This document shows, piece by piece, positions 17,623 through 26,458 of a stretch of 40,304 nt of DNA. The stretch comes from a virus. Below the pieces are notes generated by a model. That model was not told the origin of the DNA. It did not search any database and saw only the letters and a list, made by a program, of their open reading frames with translations. Each line of letters opens with the position of its first letter. Within the stretch, counting starts at the first letter, position 1. The stretch is taken from the IMG/VR virus record IMGVR_UViG_3300045988_041312, positions 1 to 40,304 of that record, one strand, 5' to 3'. The position numbers and the translations under genes were made by a program.

Positions 17623-18591
17623 TCAGCCAATCTTATGCTTAAGCGCTACGATACGAATCTGCTTCGGTTCGTACACACGCTTCCAGTTCTGACCGTTTGC
17701 GAGTTCTTCGCGGGTCGGAGATTCTACATTGGCGCGTACAGCGTTGGTCCACTGTACTCCTCTTGGGTGCATGATGAAGCAACGACGGTTGTACAGCATA
17801 TTCACACCGGCGCCCAGGTTTGGATCGCGGTCGGTTTCTGTCTGTACAAAGCCCGCCGGGCTGCCTTCGCCATAAGCAATGGCGCCTTCGCCAAAGAGAT
17901 AAGTTGTGTATACCCCTTCTGCCGCCGGGCATCCGTCATCGACGATAACGCGGCGCCCCTGATAGGTATCAAACTCAACAGAAGTGCTGTCTCTTTCGGT
18001 GGTAATCAGGTTCAGCTTCTTCAGATAAGCCTTAGTTGCAGAATGCATCACAATGGCAGTCAGCTGGTCCTGCGCATCCCCCATAAGCTGAAGCGCATCA
18101 ATAACCGCAGTCGCGCCAATGTTTGCCGCCACACCGGTACCACCAGAAATATCCAGAATATGGTCCTTCATGCTATCAGCGGAGAACACACCGGAAAGGA
18201 TATTAATCAATTCCTTCTGATACTGTCTTGCCCAGTAATCGGACACCAGGTCACCAATGGCACGCATCGGGTCAGTGCCTGCCAGGGCAGCGGAAAGGGC
18301 GGTAGCGCTCCACTTCTGCTGTCTCATAATGGTGGTGGATACATCCTTATTGGATGTTATCTTCTGGAATTCAATCTTCTGTCCTTCCACAATGTTCTGT
18401 GCATCGCCGGAAAGGTCTTCAAAGAACGGCATATTGTGGGTTCTTGCCGCTTCACTGGCCAGCGCATCAAATGCCGCATTTCTTACCATAATTCCGCTGG
18501 TTACAAAAGCGGATTTTTCCATTGTTCTGTTAACAACATAAGGTGTAAAAAGTTCCGGTACAATCACATCGGATAATGTAGTTCCTGCCAT
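17623..18591 (-). CDS. Major capsid protein
   Basis: 322 aa immediately after the scaffold gene. Confidence 0.65.
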   Translation of the reverse strand: MAGTTLSDVIVPELFTPYVVNRTMEKSAFVTSGIMVRNAAFDALASEAARTHNMPFFEDLSGDAQNIVEGQKIEFQKITSNKDVSTTIMRQQKWSATALSAALAGTDPMRAIGDLVSDYWARQYQKELINILSGVFSADSMKDHILDISGGTGVAANIGATAVIDALQLMGDAQDQLTAIVMHSATKAYLKKLNLITTERDSTSVEFDTYQGRRVIVDDGCPAAEGVYTTYLFGEGAIAYGEGSPAGFVQTETDRDPNLGAGVNMLYNRRCFIMHPRGVQWTNAVRANVESPTREELANGQNWKRVYEPKQIRIVALKHKIG

Positions 18592-18604
18592 AATCTAATT
18601 CCTC

Positions 18605-19222
18605 CTAAATCTTTACCCCGGCGGCCGCGGCCATCGCCTTAGCCTGTGCCGGATTTTCTCTCAACATTCGGCCCTGTTCCGTCAGATTATATGTGTCACG
18701 AGCAAAGGGGTTATTAATCTTCGTTCCACCGCCTGCCGGATCATACTTCGGATTGGTCAGCTTCTTAAACAGGAAAGGTTTTGTCTTTTCCAGATTAGCA
18801 AGCTGTTCATCAAGGCCGGTAAGTTTACCGTCTTTACCAAGGACGATTTTAGACTGGTCGAAAAGCCCTGCCACGATATCCACGTCCTGCGCAGTGTCCA
18901 TAATTTCCATCTTGATGGCATCGCTTAAACGCAGTTTTTCGAATCGCAAGGCGGCTTCTTCCATTGCCTTCTTGTTTTCTTCCTGCAGAGACTTAATCTT
19001 GGCTGTCAGTTCCTCCACACTGCCTTTTGCCGTCTTAAGGCCTTCCAGCTGCTTATCGCGTTCTGCCAGGGAAGCAGTTAAGGTCTTCTTTTCCTCGTTG
19101 ACCTCATTAAAACGAGATTTCGGGACATAGGCACCGTCAAGAAAACTGTTCAGCGCCTTTCTTGCGGAATCATACTTTTCTTCACTTATGCCCAGTTCCT
19201 TTAATAATTCTTCTGTCTTCAT
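18605..19222 (-). CDS. Scaffolding protein
   Basis: 205 aa, charged coiled coil (EELTAKIKSLQEENKKAMEEAALRFEKLRL), between the portal and capsid genes. Confidence 0.7.
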   Translation of the reverse strand: MKTEELLKELGISEEKYDSARKALNSFLDGAYVPKSRFNEVNEEKKTLTASLAERDKQLEGLKTAKGSVEELTAKIKSLQEENKKAMEEAALRFEKLRLSDAIKMEIMDTAQDVDIVAGLFDQSKIVLGKDGKLTGLDEQLANLEKTKPFLFKKLTNPKYDPAGGGTKINNPFARDTYNLTEQGRMLRENPAQAKAMAAAAGVKI

Positions 19223-19270
19223 TCATTAGCTCCTTCCGGTTTTTACCGTGGTTTACCTGCCACGCATTAG

Positions 19271-19474
19271 CTATTCTTCGACTTCTTCAATTTCTTTGGC
19301 TTCTTCTATTTCTTCTATCACTGCCGAAGCTGCCCGTTTCTGTCTATAGGGTTTTCTGCTCATACAGCAGTCCATCACAATCTGCAGCACGTCATACTCA
19401 TTACGTTCGCTAAAGTATCGCAAGGGGAATTCCTCACCAAAGGTTTCCGCATATCGCATTAACCAGTAATACAT
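19271..19474 (-). CDS. Small hypothetical protein with acidic EEIEE tail
   Basis: 67-aa ORF between the portal and scaffold genes. Confidence 0.4.
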   Translation of the reverse strand: MYYWLMRYAETFGEEFPLRYFSERNEYDVLQIVMDCCMSRKPYRQKRAASAVIEEIEEAKEIEEVEE

Positions 19475-20859
19475 CAGGAGTCACCCCCTTTCGCCTTATT
19501 AAATGCGCCGCCGTACATGTCCATTGTCTCCATCTGTTCCTGCTGTTCTTTTGCGATTTCCTTCTGTTCTGCAGAAACATCATCCACAAATGGATGATGA
19601 GCAAGAATTGTCTTATTGGATACAACACCCACAGAATTCCGGCACATGGATACTAAATCCGCATCATTCTTTATCGATGTGCGGGTCCATGTCTGAATAA
19701 TTGGCCCCGTATCTCGGTTATAGTGCCGGAGAATGGCGTGAATCAGCTTATCAAAGCCCATACGGAACTGGGTTTCCAGCTGGCCTGCCTTCAATTCAAG
19801 CAGAGAATAGACGAATTTCATCGCCTCGCCGGACGTACTGTTCAGCCCCTGCTGCTCCGGGTCCACGCCCTGCCCCATGGTAAAGATAGCTTTCTTGGTT
19901 GTTGCCATCATTTCCCTTCGGGCTTCCACCGGGATATCGATATTCAGTGTAGACACCCCTGCCGAATCACCAGTACCTGCGGATTCCACGCTGATTGTCT
20001 TGTAATACTTCAGGTTCTTAAGGAATTCATTCAGATCTTCCCCGCCATAGTTGGTTAAAACAAAAATGACTTCCTGAATGTCTTCCAAATCATTCATAAA
20101 GCCACTTATCGTCTTATCGTACGCATCTATTAACTTTTTAATCCGGAACAGGTCACTGGTTGCCAGCTGATTGTTACGGAAAGGGATGAACGGTACGGCG
20201 CCGAAATTATGCCGGTATTCGTTATCCGCCCCGGACATCCCTGAAATATAAAAATCAGTAAAACAGGGATATGGCGTCAGCATCTGCAGTTCGTCGCATC
20301 CGCGTTTCCGGTACTTAGTACATGTCTCATCATCCCAGAACTCATATACATCATAAGTATCCCCGTTATCATCAAATTCCTGGTATACACGGAGTACAGC
20401 AAGCAGTTCATGGGACAGCTTAGGCGACCATACCGGGATAATCTGTTCTGACGGTACCACGCCATACTGGAAATCGTTATTTTCATCTGTCCAGTAATGC
20501 AGCCAGCCAATACCGGAATTGGCCGCATTGGTTCCCAGTTCCTGTACCTTGGCCGCGTATTCGCCGCCTAATACGTCAGTTATCAGCTGATTAGCCTCCT
20601 CATTTTTCGTATCGAAAAGAGGCGGCGCCGTAAACAGATAAGCTATCTTCTGGTCAACCAGAAGCGGATAAAACGTCATGGCTATGCGGTTATCGGCGTT
20701 GCGCATGGGGTTTTCCGTCTCATCGGGTTTCTTCTTTTCCATGAACAGGATATCGTTCTGCGCCTGATAATACCGTTTGGCAATCATCGCCTTTCGCAGA
20801 AAATCACCGTGCCCCGGTAAATATTTCTTTATCAGCTTCTTTATTACTTCGAGTTCCAC
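19474..20859 (-). CDS. Portal protein (SPP1 gp6-like family)
   Basis: 461 aa directly after terL. N-terminal AKRYYQAQNDI and NADNRIAMTF..LLVDQKIAYLF match SPP1-type portal motifs. Confidence 0.8.
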   Translation of the reverse strand: MELEVIKKLIKKYLPGHGDFLRKAMIAKRYYQAQNDILFMEKKKPDETENPMRNADNRIAMTFYPLLVDQKIAYLFTAPPLFDTKNEEANQLITDVLGGEYAAKVQELGTNAANSGIGWLHYWTDENNDFQYGVVPSEQIIPVWSPKLSHELLAVLRVYQEFDDNGDTYDVYEFWDDETCTKYRKRGCDELQMLTPYPCFTDFYISGMSGADNEYRHNFGAVPFIPFRNNQLATSDLFRIKKLIDAYDKTISGFMNDLEDIQEVIFVLTNYGGEDLNEFLKNLKYYKTISVESAGTGDSAGVSTLNIDIPVEARREMMATTKKAIFTMGQGVDPEQQGLNSTSGEAMKFVYSLLELKAGQLETQFRMGFDKLIHAILRHYNRDTGPIIQTWTRTSIKNDADLVSMCRNSVGVVSNKTILAHHPFVDDVSAEQKEIAKEQQEQMETMDMYGGAFNKAKGGDS

Positions 20860-20863
20860 CGTT

Positions 20864-22108
20864 TCACCTCCTCAAAATCTTAAGCCGTGATCTTGCCATC
20901 AGGTTCATGCACGCATACCGCGTGGCGTCTATGGCATGGTTGTTCTTATCCGGATAGGCCGATATATACTGCCCGTCCCGGGTCTGTTCATATTCGTAAC
21001 AGACGAATTCCCGATAGGTGTTCGGGCATCGTCTTTTGTCAATGTAAATCTTATTAAGCGACTGGAGCCATTTAATGCCATAGTCGACACTGTCGGGGCC
21101 TTTTCTCGCTCCTATGACATTCAATCCGTAGCCCCTGAGTTCAGCTATACTCTTAGGTTCCGCAGAGTCAGCGATTATCGGGCGCCTTTCTGCCCGTTGG
21201 ATAAGCATGTCAAATGCCCGCCGGTTGGTAAGCTTCGGCTGGTATATCTCATCAAAGATATACAGCTCTTCCCGCTTGGCGTCATAGTGCATCGCCACAA
21301 AGGCCAGCGGGTCCACGGCAAAACCAAAGTCAAGGCCGTAGTGGAGCTTATCAAATAGCGGAATTAACTCCGTCATATCCTTATCTTCCACATTCTCAAA
21401 CACACTTCCGCCAGTTCCGGTCACTTCTCCCAGATACTCATGACGATAGGCCCTTTCATTTCGAATCTTGAGCTTTTCCGCATCCTCAAAGAACTGCGGG
21501 CCCAGCCATTCACGGGGAACACCGCGATAATCAGAATGATGATACAGGCGGTCCACATCCTCCGCCAGCATTTCCTCATTTACCCAGTTATCCCGGGATT
21601 TAGGCGGGTTATAGGAAGCAAAGCACCAGAAACGCGGACCGCCTCGAAGCAGTGACTGATTGACATTTCGGATTTCTTCCATACCGGAGAATTGGTCCAA
21701 TTCTTCGTACCATACAATCCCTACATAGCCGTGTGGCATTTTCAGGGACTTCAGTTTGCTCTTATCATCCACCCCCAGAAATATAATCTTCTGGCCTGTC
21801 TGCCGGTGTACCATTTCCAGCGGATTAATCTTCCTTTTCCATAGATGAGCTATCCCCAGTGTATCCATCGCCCATTCCATCTGCTGATACACAGAATTCC
21901 GAAGGGTGTTTCCTACCTTTCGCAGTATCACCGCATTACACTCAGGATGTTGAATAAGCAGAAGTGGAATCTCCAGTGATACATAGGATGATTTAGTACT
22001 GCCACGGCCTCCGCCTAGCACATAATAGGTGTGCCCGTGCTTCTTTGCGTCCTGATGTACTTTCCAGAAGGGCTGTGCAATGAGATTACTCAACCTGATT
22101 CGTATCAT
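20864..22108 (-). CDS. Terminase large subunit (PBSX/XtmB-type)
   Basis: Walker A YVLGGGRGSTKS near the N-terminus. 414 aa with a C-terminal nuclease region. Upstream of the portal gene. Confidence 0.85.
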   Translation of the reverse strand: MIRIRLSNLIAQPFWKVHQDAKKHGHTYYVLGGGRGSTKSSYVSLEIPLLLIQHPECNAVILRKVGNTLRNSVYQQMEWAMDTLGIAHLWKRKINPLEMVHRQTGQKIIFLGVDDKSKLKSLKMPHGYVGIVWYEELDQFSGMEEIRNVNQSLLRGGPRFWCFASYNPPKSRDNWVNEEMLAEDVDRLYHHSDYRGVPREWLGPQFFEDAEKLKIRNERAYRHEYLGEVTGTGGSVFENVEDKDMTELIPLFDKLHYGLDFGFAVDPLAFVAMHYDAKREELYIFDEIYQPKLTNRRAFDMLIQRAERRPIIADSAEPKSIAELRGYGLNVIGARKGPDSVDYGIKWLQSLNKIYIDKRRCPNTYREFVCYEYEQTRDGQYISAYPDKNNHAIDATRYACMNLMARSRLKILRR

Positions 22109-22490
22109 CGACTATAGTCACCCCTTCCACACCAGACTCCGCCTGGTCTCGTTCCATCATCTTTTCCTTCATCCGAAGTTCCTTCTGCTTCAGTTTCAAT
22201 TCCGGAGATTCTCCCAGTAAGTCAAAAAGCAGTCTCGCCATATTGGCATTACTTCCAGCCTTTCGTACAATCCCATGCAGCACCATTCCGCCATAGGTAG
22301 CCTCGAACCCGTCTTTTATCAGTCGTTCCTTAATCCGCGGATCCGCCACCGGCTGAGATACAACCACCTTAAGCTGTGATACCAGGGCCTTCCGGCTCCG
22401 TTTGGACTTTCCGGAATTTATGCCGCCTTTCCGTCCATTCCTTCTCGCTTCCTCTGTCGTTCTAAAAGATTTTAAGTTTTCATTGTTCAT
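22086..22490 (-). CDS. Putative terminase small subunit
   Basis: 134 aa, basic N-terminus (RRNGRKGGINSGKSKRSRK), overlaps the terL start by 23 nt. Confidence 0.55.
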   Translation of the reverse strand: MNNENLKSFRTTEEARRNGRKGGINSGKSKRSRKALVSQLKVVVSQPVADPRIKERLIKDGFEATYGGMVLHGIVRKAGSNANMARLLFDLLGESPELKLKQKELRMKEKMMERDQAESGVEGVTIVDDTNQVE

Positions 22491-22504
22491 CCTGCCTTTT
22501 CACC

Positions 22505-23272
22505 CTAATCTAAAACATTGGTAAATCGATAATGATATTTCTTCTGATTTCTTTTCAGCCATTTATCCACTGCGTCATCATAATTCTTTCCTCTTGGGCG
22601 GGCCCTCTTTATGGCGCGTGTAAATTTTTCCGCGTCGAAGTGGGACATCTTCGTAAATATGCGGTACCCCTTAGGATGTGTAGCCACAACCCCGCGGGCG
22701 TTGCTGCGTGCTGTATTGATTAAGTCCCCATCCGAAAAAGAGCCTCCACTTGGGTGATTATGTACAATTAGATCTCCGGAGCGCGCTGGACCTATGGCCA
22801 CAGAATGCGCCATCCCATGTACAAGACTATTCGTATAGCCCTCCTGTCCGATAGAAATACCATGTTCTATTTCTGAATTCCCATATGCCTTTCTAAAGGC
22901 AGCGATTGCGCCTTCTGGCGTCTTAGTTTTGGTCGCTACGTTCATTCTTGCTGGATAGTCGCTTTTATCCGTACGCGGACCACCTCCCTCAGACGCATGC
23001 CCGAATTTATACACCTGCCCGCTCCCGGCACCTCTTCCACCATCCAGCCGACTATCCACTGTGTCAAGGCATTCAATCAGTTCCTTTACTGTCTTATCCC
23101 CCGCTGGCTTATACGGAAACACAACATGTAAAGAGTCGAATTCTTTTTCTTCATCCGTTTCAGAGTTCCACACGCACCATCTGCCGTGTTTACGCTTAAA
23201 CAGGTAAATTCCGCCGGGTAACTCCGCAAAATGGTAATCCACCATTTTAATCTCAAATGTACGTAAATCCAT
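22505..23272 (-). CDS. JAB/MPN (RadC-like) metalloprotease-motif protein with N-terminal unknown domain and Gly-rich linker. First gene of the putative late operon.
   Basis: LIVHNHPSGGSFSDGDL fits the JAMM H-x-H-x6/7-S-x2-D motif, with an upstream Glu (SEIEHG). Linker LDGGRGAGSGQ. Confidence 0.5.
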   Translation of the reverse strand: MDLRTFEIKMVDYHFAELPGGIYLFKRKHGRWCVWNSETDEEKEFDSLHVVFPYKPAGDKTVKELIECLDTVDSRLDGGRGAGSGQVYKFGHASEGGGPRTDKSDYPARMNVATKTKTPEGAIAAFRKAYGNSEIEHGISIGQEGYTNSLVHGMAHSVAIGPARSGDLIVHNHPSGGSFSDGDLINTARSNARGVVATHPKGYRIFTKMSHFDAEKFTRAIKRARPRGKNYDDAVDKWLKRNQKKYHYRFTNVLD

Positions 23273-23321
23273 ATCGTTTCTCTCGCTTTACTTTATGCAC
23301 AAAATTCTATATAATATAAAT

Positions 23322-23381
23322 AAAAGAGATAGAATTGCGACCTCTGCCCATTATTGGCGGGGGCGACGGGTTCTATCTCTT
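23322..23381. promoter_or_regulatory. Perfect 12-bp inverted repeat (aaagagatagaa ... ttctatctcttt) separated by 36 nt, followed on the minus strand by a T-rich tract. Terminator and/or regulatory site preceding the late operon.
   Basis: Read directly from the sequence. Overlaps the stop codon of the 23373..23810 gene. An AT-rich stretch with TATAAT-like motifs follows towards 23300. Confidence 0.5.
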
Positions 23382-23810
23382 TTTGTATTTTTTATCGATT
23401 GCAAGCTTGCCGTCACGAACAACAATTATGCGAATAGCATTTTCGGGATGCCTACGAACTCTATTATCCATTATCTCTATTAGCTTCGATTTATCCAACG
23501 TCGCCCCAGCATAGTCCAATATAAGCCCCCCAGGATTCTCTTTTATTTGTTTAACCCCATGACGTATAGCCCCGTCAGCGGCCTTTTCGTTGGATATAGT
23601 TTTAAGGTCCCAATATTTACCGTTCCACAGATAGTCCGGATTCTTTTTAGCTACTCCTTTTTGGTCATTTATAACTCTAATAGACCCGCCAAAATTTTCA
23701 TAAAGCCAGTGTGCCATAGCGATTTCCGCTTTATGTCTTCCAATTTTCAGTCTTGTATCAAGGAAAACCCCGCCGGATTCACGCCCACTGCTTGCGCCTC
23801 TACCACCCAT
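23373..23810 (-). CDS. Small putative PD-(D/E)xK-fold nuclease-like protein with Gly-rich N-terminus
   Basis: NPDYLWNGKYWDLKT gives a PD ... D-x-K arrangement. N-terminal MGGRGASSGRESGG resembles the linker of the neighbouring JAB-like gene. Start overlaps the upstream gene by 11 nt. Confidence 0.4.
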   Translation of the reverse strand: MGGRGASSGRESGGVFLDTRLKIGRHKAEIAMAHWLYENFGGSIRVINDQKGVAKKNPDYLWNGKYWDLKTISNEKAADGAIRHGVKQIKENPGGLILDYAGATLDKSKLIEIMDNRVRRHPENAIRIIVVRDGKLAIDKKYKKR

Positions 23811-24837
23811 TCTGCCCCCATTTCTCCGTTACCGCATTATTAATATATACGGCCTTACAGGGGAATTTATAGCCGATATCGCCGCCATAGACCAGCACAC
23901 AGGAAGGCGTCAGTCGCTTTATTGCTTCATCCATGCCATGCGTCCATACCTTCGTGGCCTCTTCGTCCTGCTTCACGCCAATGGTAGAGACACTGACCAC
24001 ACCGCCGGGCTCTATCCCGTCAAAGCAAAACTGGAATGTAGCTTCCTCTGCCCACGACAGCGTGGGTATGACTTTAGCGCCTAAATCCTGGCATATCTGC
24101 CCGATAAGCCGGGAACGGTACACGTTCCATATCTTCATGGCCATAGGCATATCCAGATACAGGCTGAAATCCGGAGTCAATACATAATCGAACGCTGCCA
24201 GTTTTCCACAGTACATTTCCGGGTAGTTCCATACCCTTTCAAACTGGTAATCATCCACATAGAAATGAACGCCCATGCCCTTTTCTGGTTCCGTTGTCAG
24301 CATGTAATTAAAACCGATAAGCTTAGACGGACAGGAACGACATTTCCGGATAATCGGCATCTGGTAGAATCCGGCGGTCCGCATCGGGTCGAAGTCATCC
24401 AGATTATAGGCGTCAAAGGTTCGTTCGCGTTCGTCGCCATAATACCCGTCATCTTCTGTTTCTAATGCGGGAAGCTCAAAATCGAATCCACTCATATCAA
24501 TATCAGTTATGCCCTCCAGCTCATCCGCCAGAAGCACATCATCCCATTGCGACTTTTCTGACACCTTGTTATCGGCCAGCCGGAACGCCTTAATCTGCTG
24601 CGGGGTAAGATCATCCGCCACAATGCACGGAACCGATGTAAGCCCCAGGGACTTAGCCGCCTGATATCTTGTATGGCCGGTCACAATCACATTATGCCGG
24701 TCAATCACAATCGGGACCTTGAATCCGAATTCCCTAATACTGTTAGCCACAAAAGGAACAGCGGCCTTGTTCTTTCTTGGGTTTGCTGCATACGGCACAA
24801 GCTCCGTAATGCTTTTTTCTACCACACGCAACGCCAC
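23800..24837 (-). CDS. ParB-like nuclease domain protein with C-terminal domain of unknown function (possibly DUF4417-like)
   Basis: N-terminal LVPYAANPRKN...FGFKVPIVIDRHNVIVTGHTRYQAAKSLGLTSVPCIV is the ParB/Srx fold signature. C-terminal region FYVDDYQFERVWNYP...VLTPDFSLYLDMP. Confidence 0.7.
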   Translation of the reverse strand: MALRVVEKSITELVPYAANPRKNKAAVPFVANSIREFGFKVPIVIDRHNVIVTGHTRYQAAKSLGLTSVPCIVADDLTPQQIKAFRLADNKVSEKSQWDDVLLADELEGITDIDMSGFDFELPALETEDDGYYGDERERTFDAYNLDDFDPMRTAGFYQMPIIRKCRSCPSKLIGFNYMLTTEPEKGMGVHFYVDDYQFERVWNYPEMYCGKLAAFDYVLTPDFSLYLDMPMAMKIWNVYRSRLIGQICQDLGAKVIPTLSWAEEATFQFCFDGIEPGGVVSVSTIGVKQDEEATKVWTHGMDEAIKRLTPSCVLVYGGDIGYKFPCKAVYINNAVTEKWGQNGW

Positions 24838-24852
24838 CGCCTCCTTTCGGGC

Positions 24853-24890
24853 AATAAAAAAGGACCCCTGTCAAGGTCCTTTTTTTATAG
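24853..24890. terminator. Bidirectional rho-independent terminator (AAAAAAGGACC-cctgtcaa-GGTCCTTTTTTT)
   Basis: 6-bp GC-rich stem flanked by an A-tract and a T-tract. Downstream of the 25021..25476 gene on the minus strand. Confidence 0.7.
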
Positions 24891-25020
24891 AAGTGTCTTC
24901 ATTCCCGCATTTCCACACTACCATTTTAGCACATATAAAATTATCATTTACTATCATCTTTCAGATTCTGCAAAAATATTCCCATCGCCACTCCTGACAG
25001 GAACGCAGTCACATAAATAA

Positions 25021-25476
25021 TCAATCCTTCGCCTGACATGAGAATGAACAATACACCTCATTTTTCTCCCATCCGTTGTATGGATGAAATAAACACCCGC
25101 ACACAAAGCACCTCTTCACCACATTCTGATTATGCCCCGGTTCTCTGTGCCATAAGGGGCCTCCGTGCGTTTCCGGATTATAAGCCACTACTACCGGGTT
25201 CTTTAGCTTTTTGGACCATTTCTTATTCTCTTTTCTGTATTTTTCCAGGGCCCTGCGCCTTGCTTTAGACAATCTTTCCTTCAGCACAGCCTTTCGTTTT
25301 CGCCTGACTTCCGCCGAAAATCGGAAAATAACCCGCTGCACCTTCGTCGTCGATAAGTTTATCCCGAATTCATCTTTTAACGCTCTGGATATTTTATGCT
25401 CTGGCACGGCGCGAACGCTGTACAACTCTTTTATAGCCCGGCGCTCCGCCTCAGTGACTCCGTTAAGCTTCTGCAA
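25021..25476 (-). CDS. Putative transcriptional regulator (N-terminal HTH, C-terminal Cys4 zinc-finger-like CFVCGC...CSFSC)
   Basis: 151 aa with a basic middle region. Overlaps the ArpU-like gene end. Confidence 0.45.
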   Translation of the reverse strand: MQKLNGVTEAERRAIKELYSVRAVPEHKISRALKDEFGINLSTTKVQRVIFRFSAEVRRKRKAVLKERLSKARRRALEKYRKENKKWSKKLKNPVVVAYNPETHGGPLWHREPGHNQNVVKRCFVCGCLFHPYNGWEKNEVYCSFSCQAKD

Positions 25477-25903
25477 TATAATCCCCTGTCCTTTCCCTTA
25501 GTGCGTGCAAAGCCTCACCATGAAGCCGGTAGACGTGTGGAAGGGAGTAGCCAATAATACTTGCCACCTCCAGCCAGGTATGCGCATTGATATAGTACTC
25601 AATCAGCACAGCGCACATCTTAGCATCGTCCAGCTTATCAATCTGCCGAAGTGCCTCGCACCGGTCATGCATAAGCCGTATGGATACGGTCAGAATGCAT
25701 GACGCAAGCTGTGAGCTCTCCGCATACATCTGTAGGATTTTATCCGATAAATCCCCCGTCTCCCCACCTGAAACATGAGTACTGTCATAGGCCGTACCTT
25801 TGGGTCCTGCCACTTCCGTAATAAGGCATTTCTGCGCCTGATGAAGCGCCGCCAGGTACAGCGCCTGCCCCCGTACTCGTCTGAAAAAGTCCTTAACCTT
25901 CAT
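25463..25903 (-). CDS. ArpU/RinA-class late gene activator (sigma-70 region 4-like HTH)
   Basis: C-terminal LIEYYINAHTWLEVASIIGYSLPHVYRLHGEALHAL resembles sigma region 4 and the ArpU family. Lies between the replication and packaging modules. Confidence 0.55.
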   Translation of the reverse strand: MKVKDFFRRVRGQALYLAALHQAQKCLITEVAGPKGTAYDSTHVSGGETGDLSDKILQMYAESSQLASCILTVSIRLMHDRCEALRQIDKLDDAKMCAVLIEYYINAHTWLEVASIIGYSLPHVYRLHGEALHALRERTGDYIAEA

Positions 25904-26216
25904 TTCCTGTACCCCACGCTTCTTTCACGCTATATATAAATTCTTCGATACACTCCAGAAGGCTGCGGAAATCAATGACCTTAGGCCACGCGGCATACAG
26001 TTCTTCCCCGGTCAATGCGTTGCCGTCATCATCCGCCTCAAAGATCATAACCTCCGGCATCATCCGGTCAAGCACAAAGCACAAATCCGCCATGTAAAAG
26101 GTCTTGCCAATAGTGAAGTAACCCCGGATAGTGTCGCCCCAGTCCCGTACGGTCACAATATAGGTTTCGTCCTCAATCTTCATTTCCAGTTCTTCTGCCT
26201 TTACCTTTATCTGCAT
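25893..26216 (-). CDS. Hypothetical protein
   Basis: 107-aa ORF on the operon strand. Confidence 0.45.
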   Translation of the reverse strand: MQIKVKAEELEMKIEDETYIVTVRDWGDTIRGYFTIGKTFYMADLCFVLDRMMPEVMIFEADDDGNALTGEELYAAWPKVIDFRSLLECIEEFIYSVKEAWGTGNEG

Positions 26217-26458
26217 CGCTTATCCTCCGTCTGACTTCTGTATACTTCGCCCGTTCTGGCGTTCTGAATGACAATATCCGACCGCAACCGATATCCGGCT
26301 ATACGGATTATCTTTCGAATGGTGGCTATGACCCTGAAGGCCGCCACCGCCCTTTTCTTCTCTGCGGCTTCTTTCGCCTCTTTCCTGAATTTACCCCACA
26401 CCCTTTCAAATGTAGGGTCCTGATGATAATAGACCGTCCTCAGCATCCCTTTAGCCAT
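26207..26458 (-). CDS. Hypothetical basic protein
   Basis: 83-aa ORF. Start overlaps the helicase end. Confidence 0.45.
   Translation of the reverse strand: MAKGMLRTVYYHQDPTFERVWGKFRKEAKEAAEKKRAVAAFRVIATIRKIIRIAGYRLRSDIVIQNARTGEVYRSQTEDKRCR

Noticed and set aside
17635-18576. 313-aa plus-strand ORF
   Set aside because: Entirely antisense to the major capsid gene. Low-complexity, shadow ORF.
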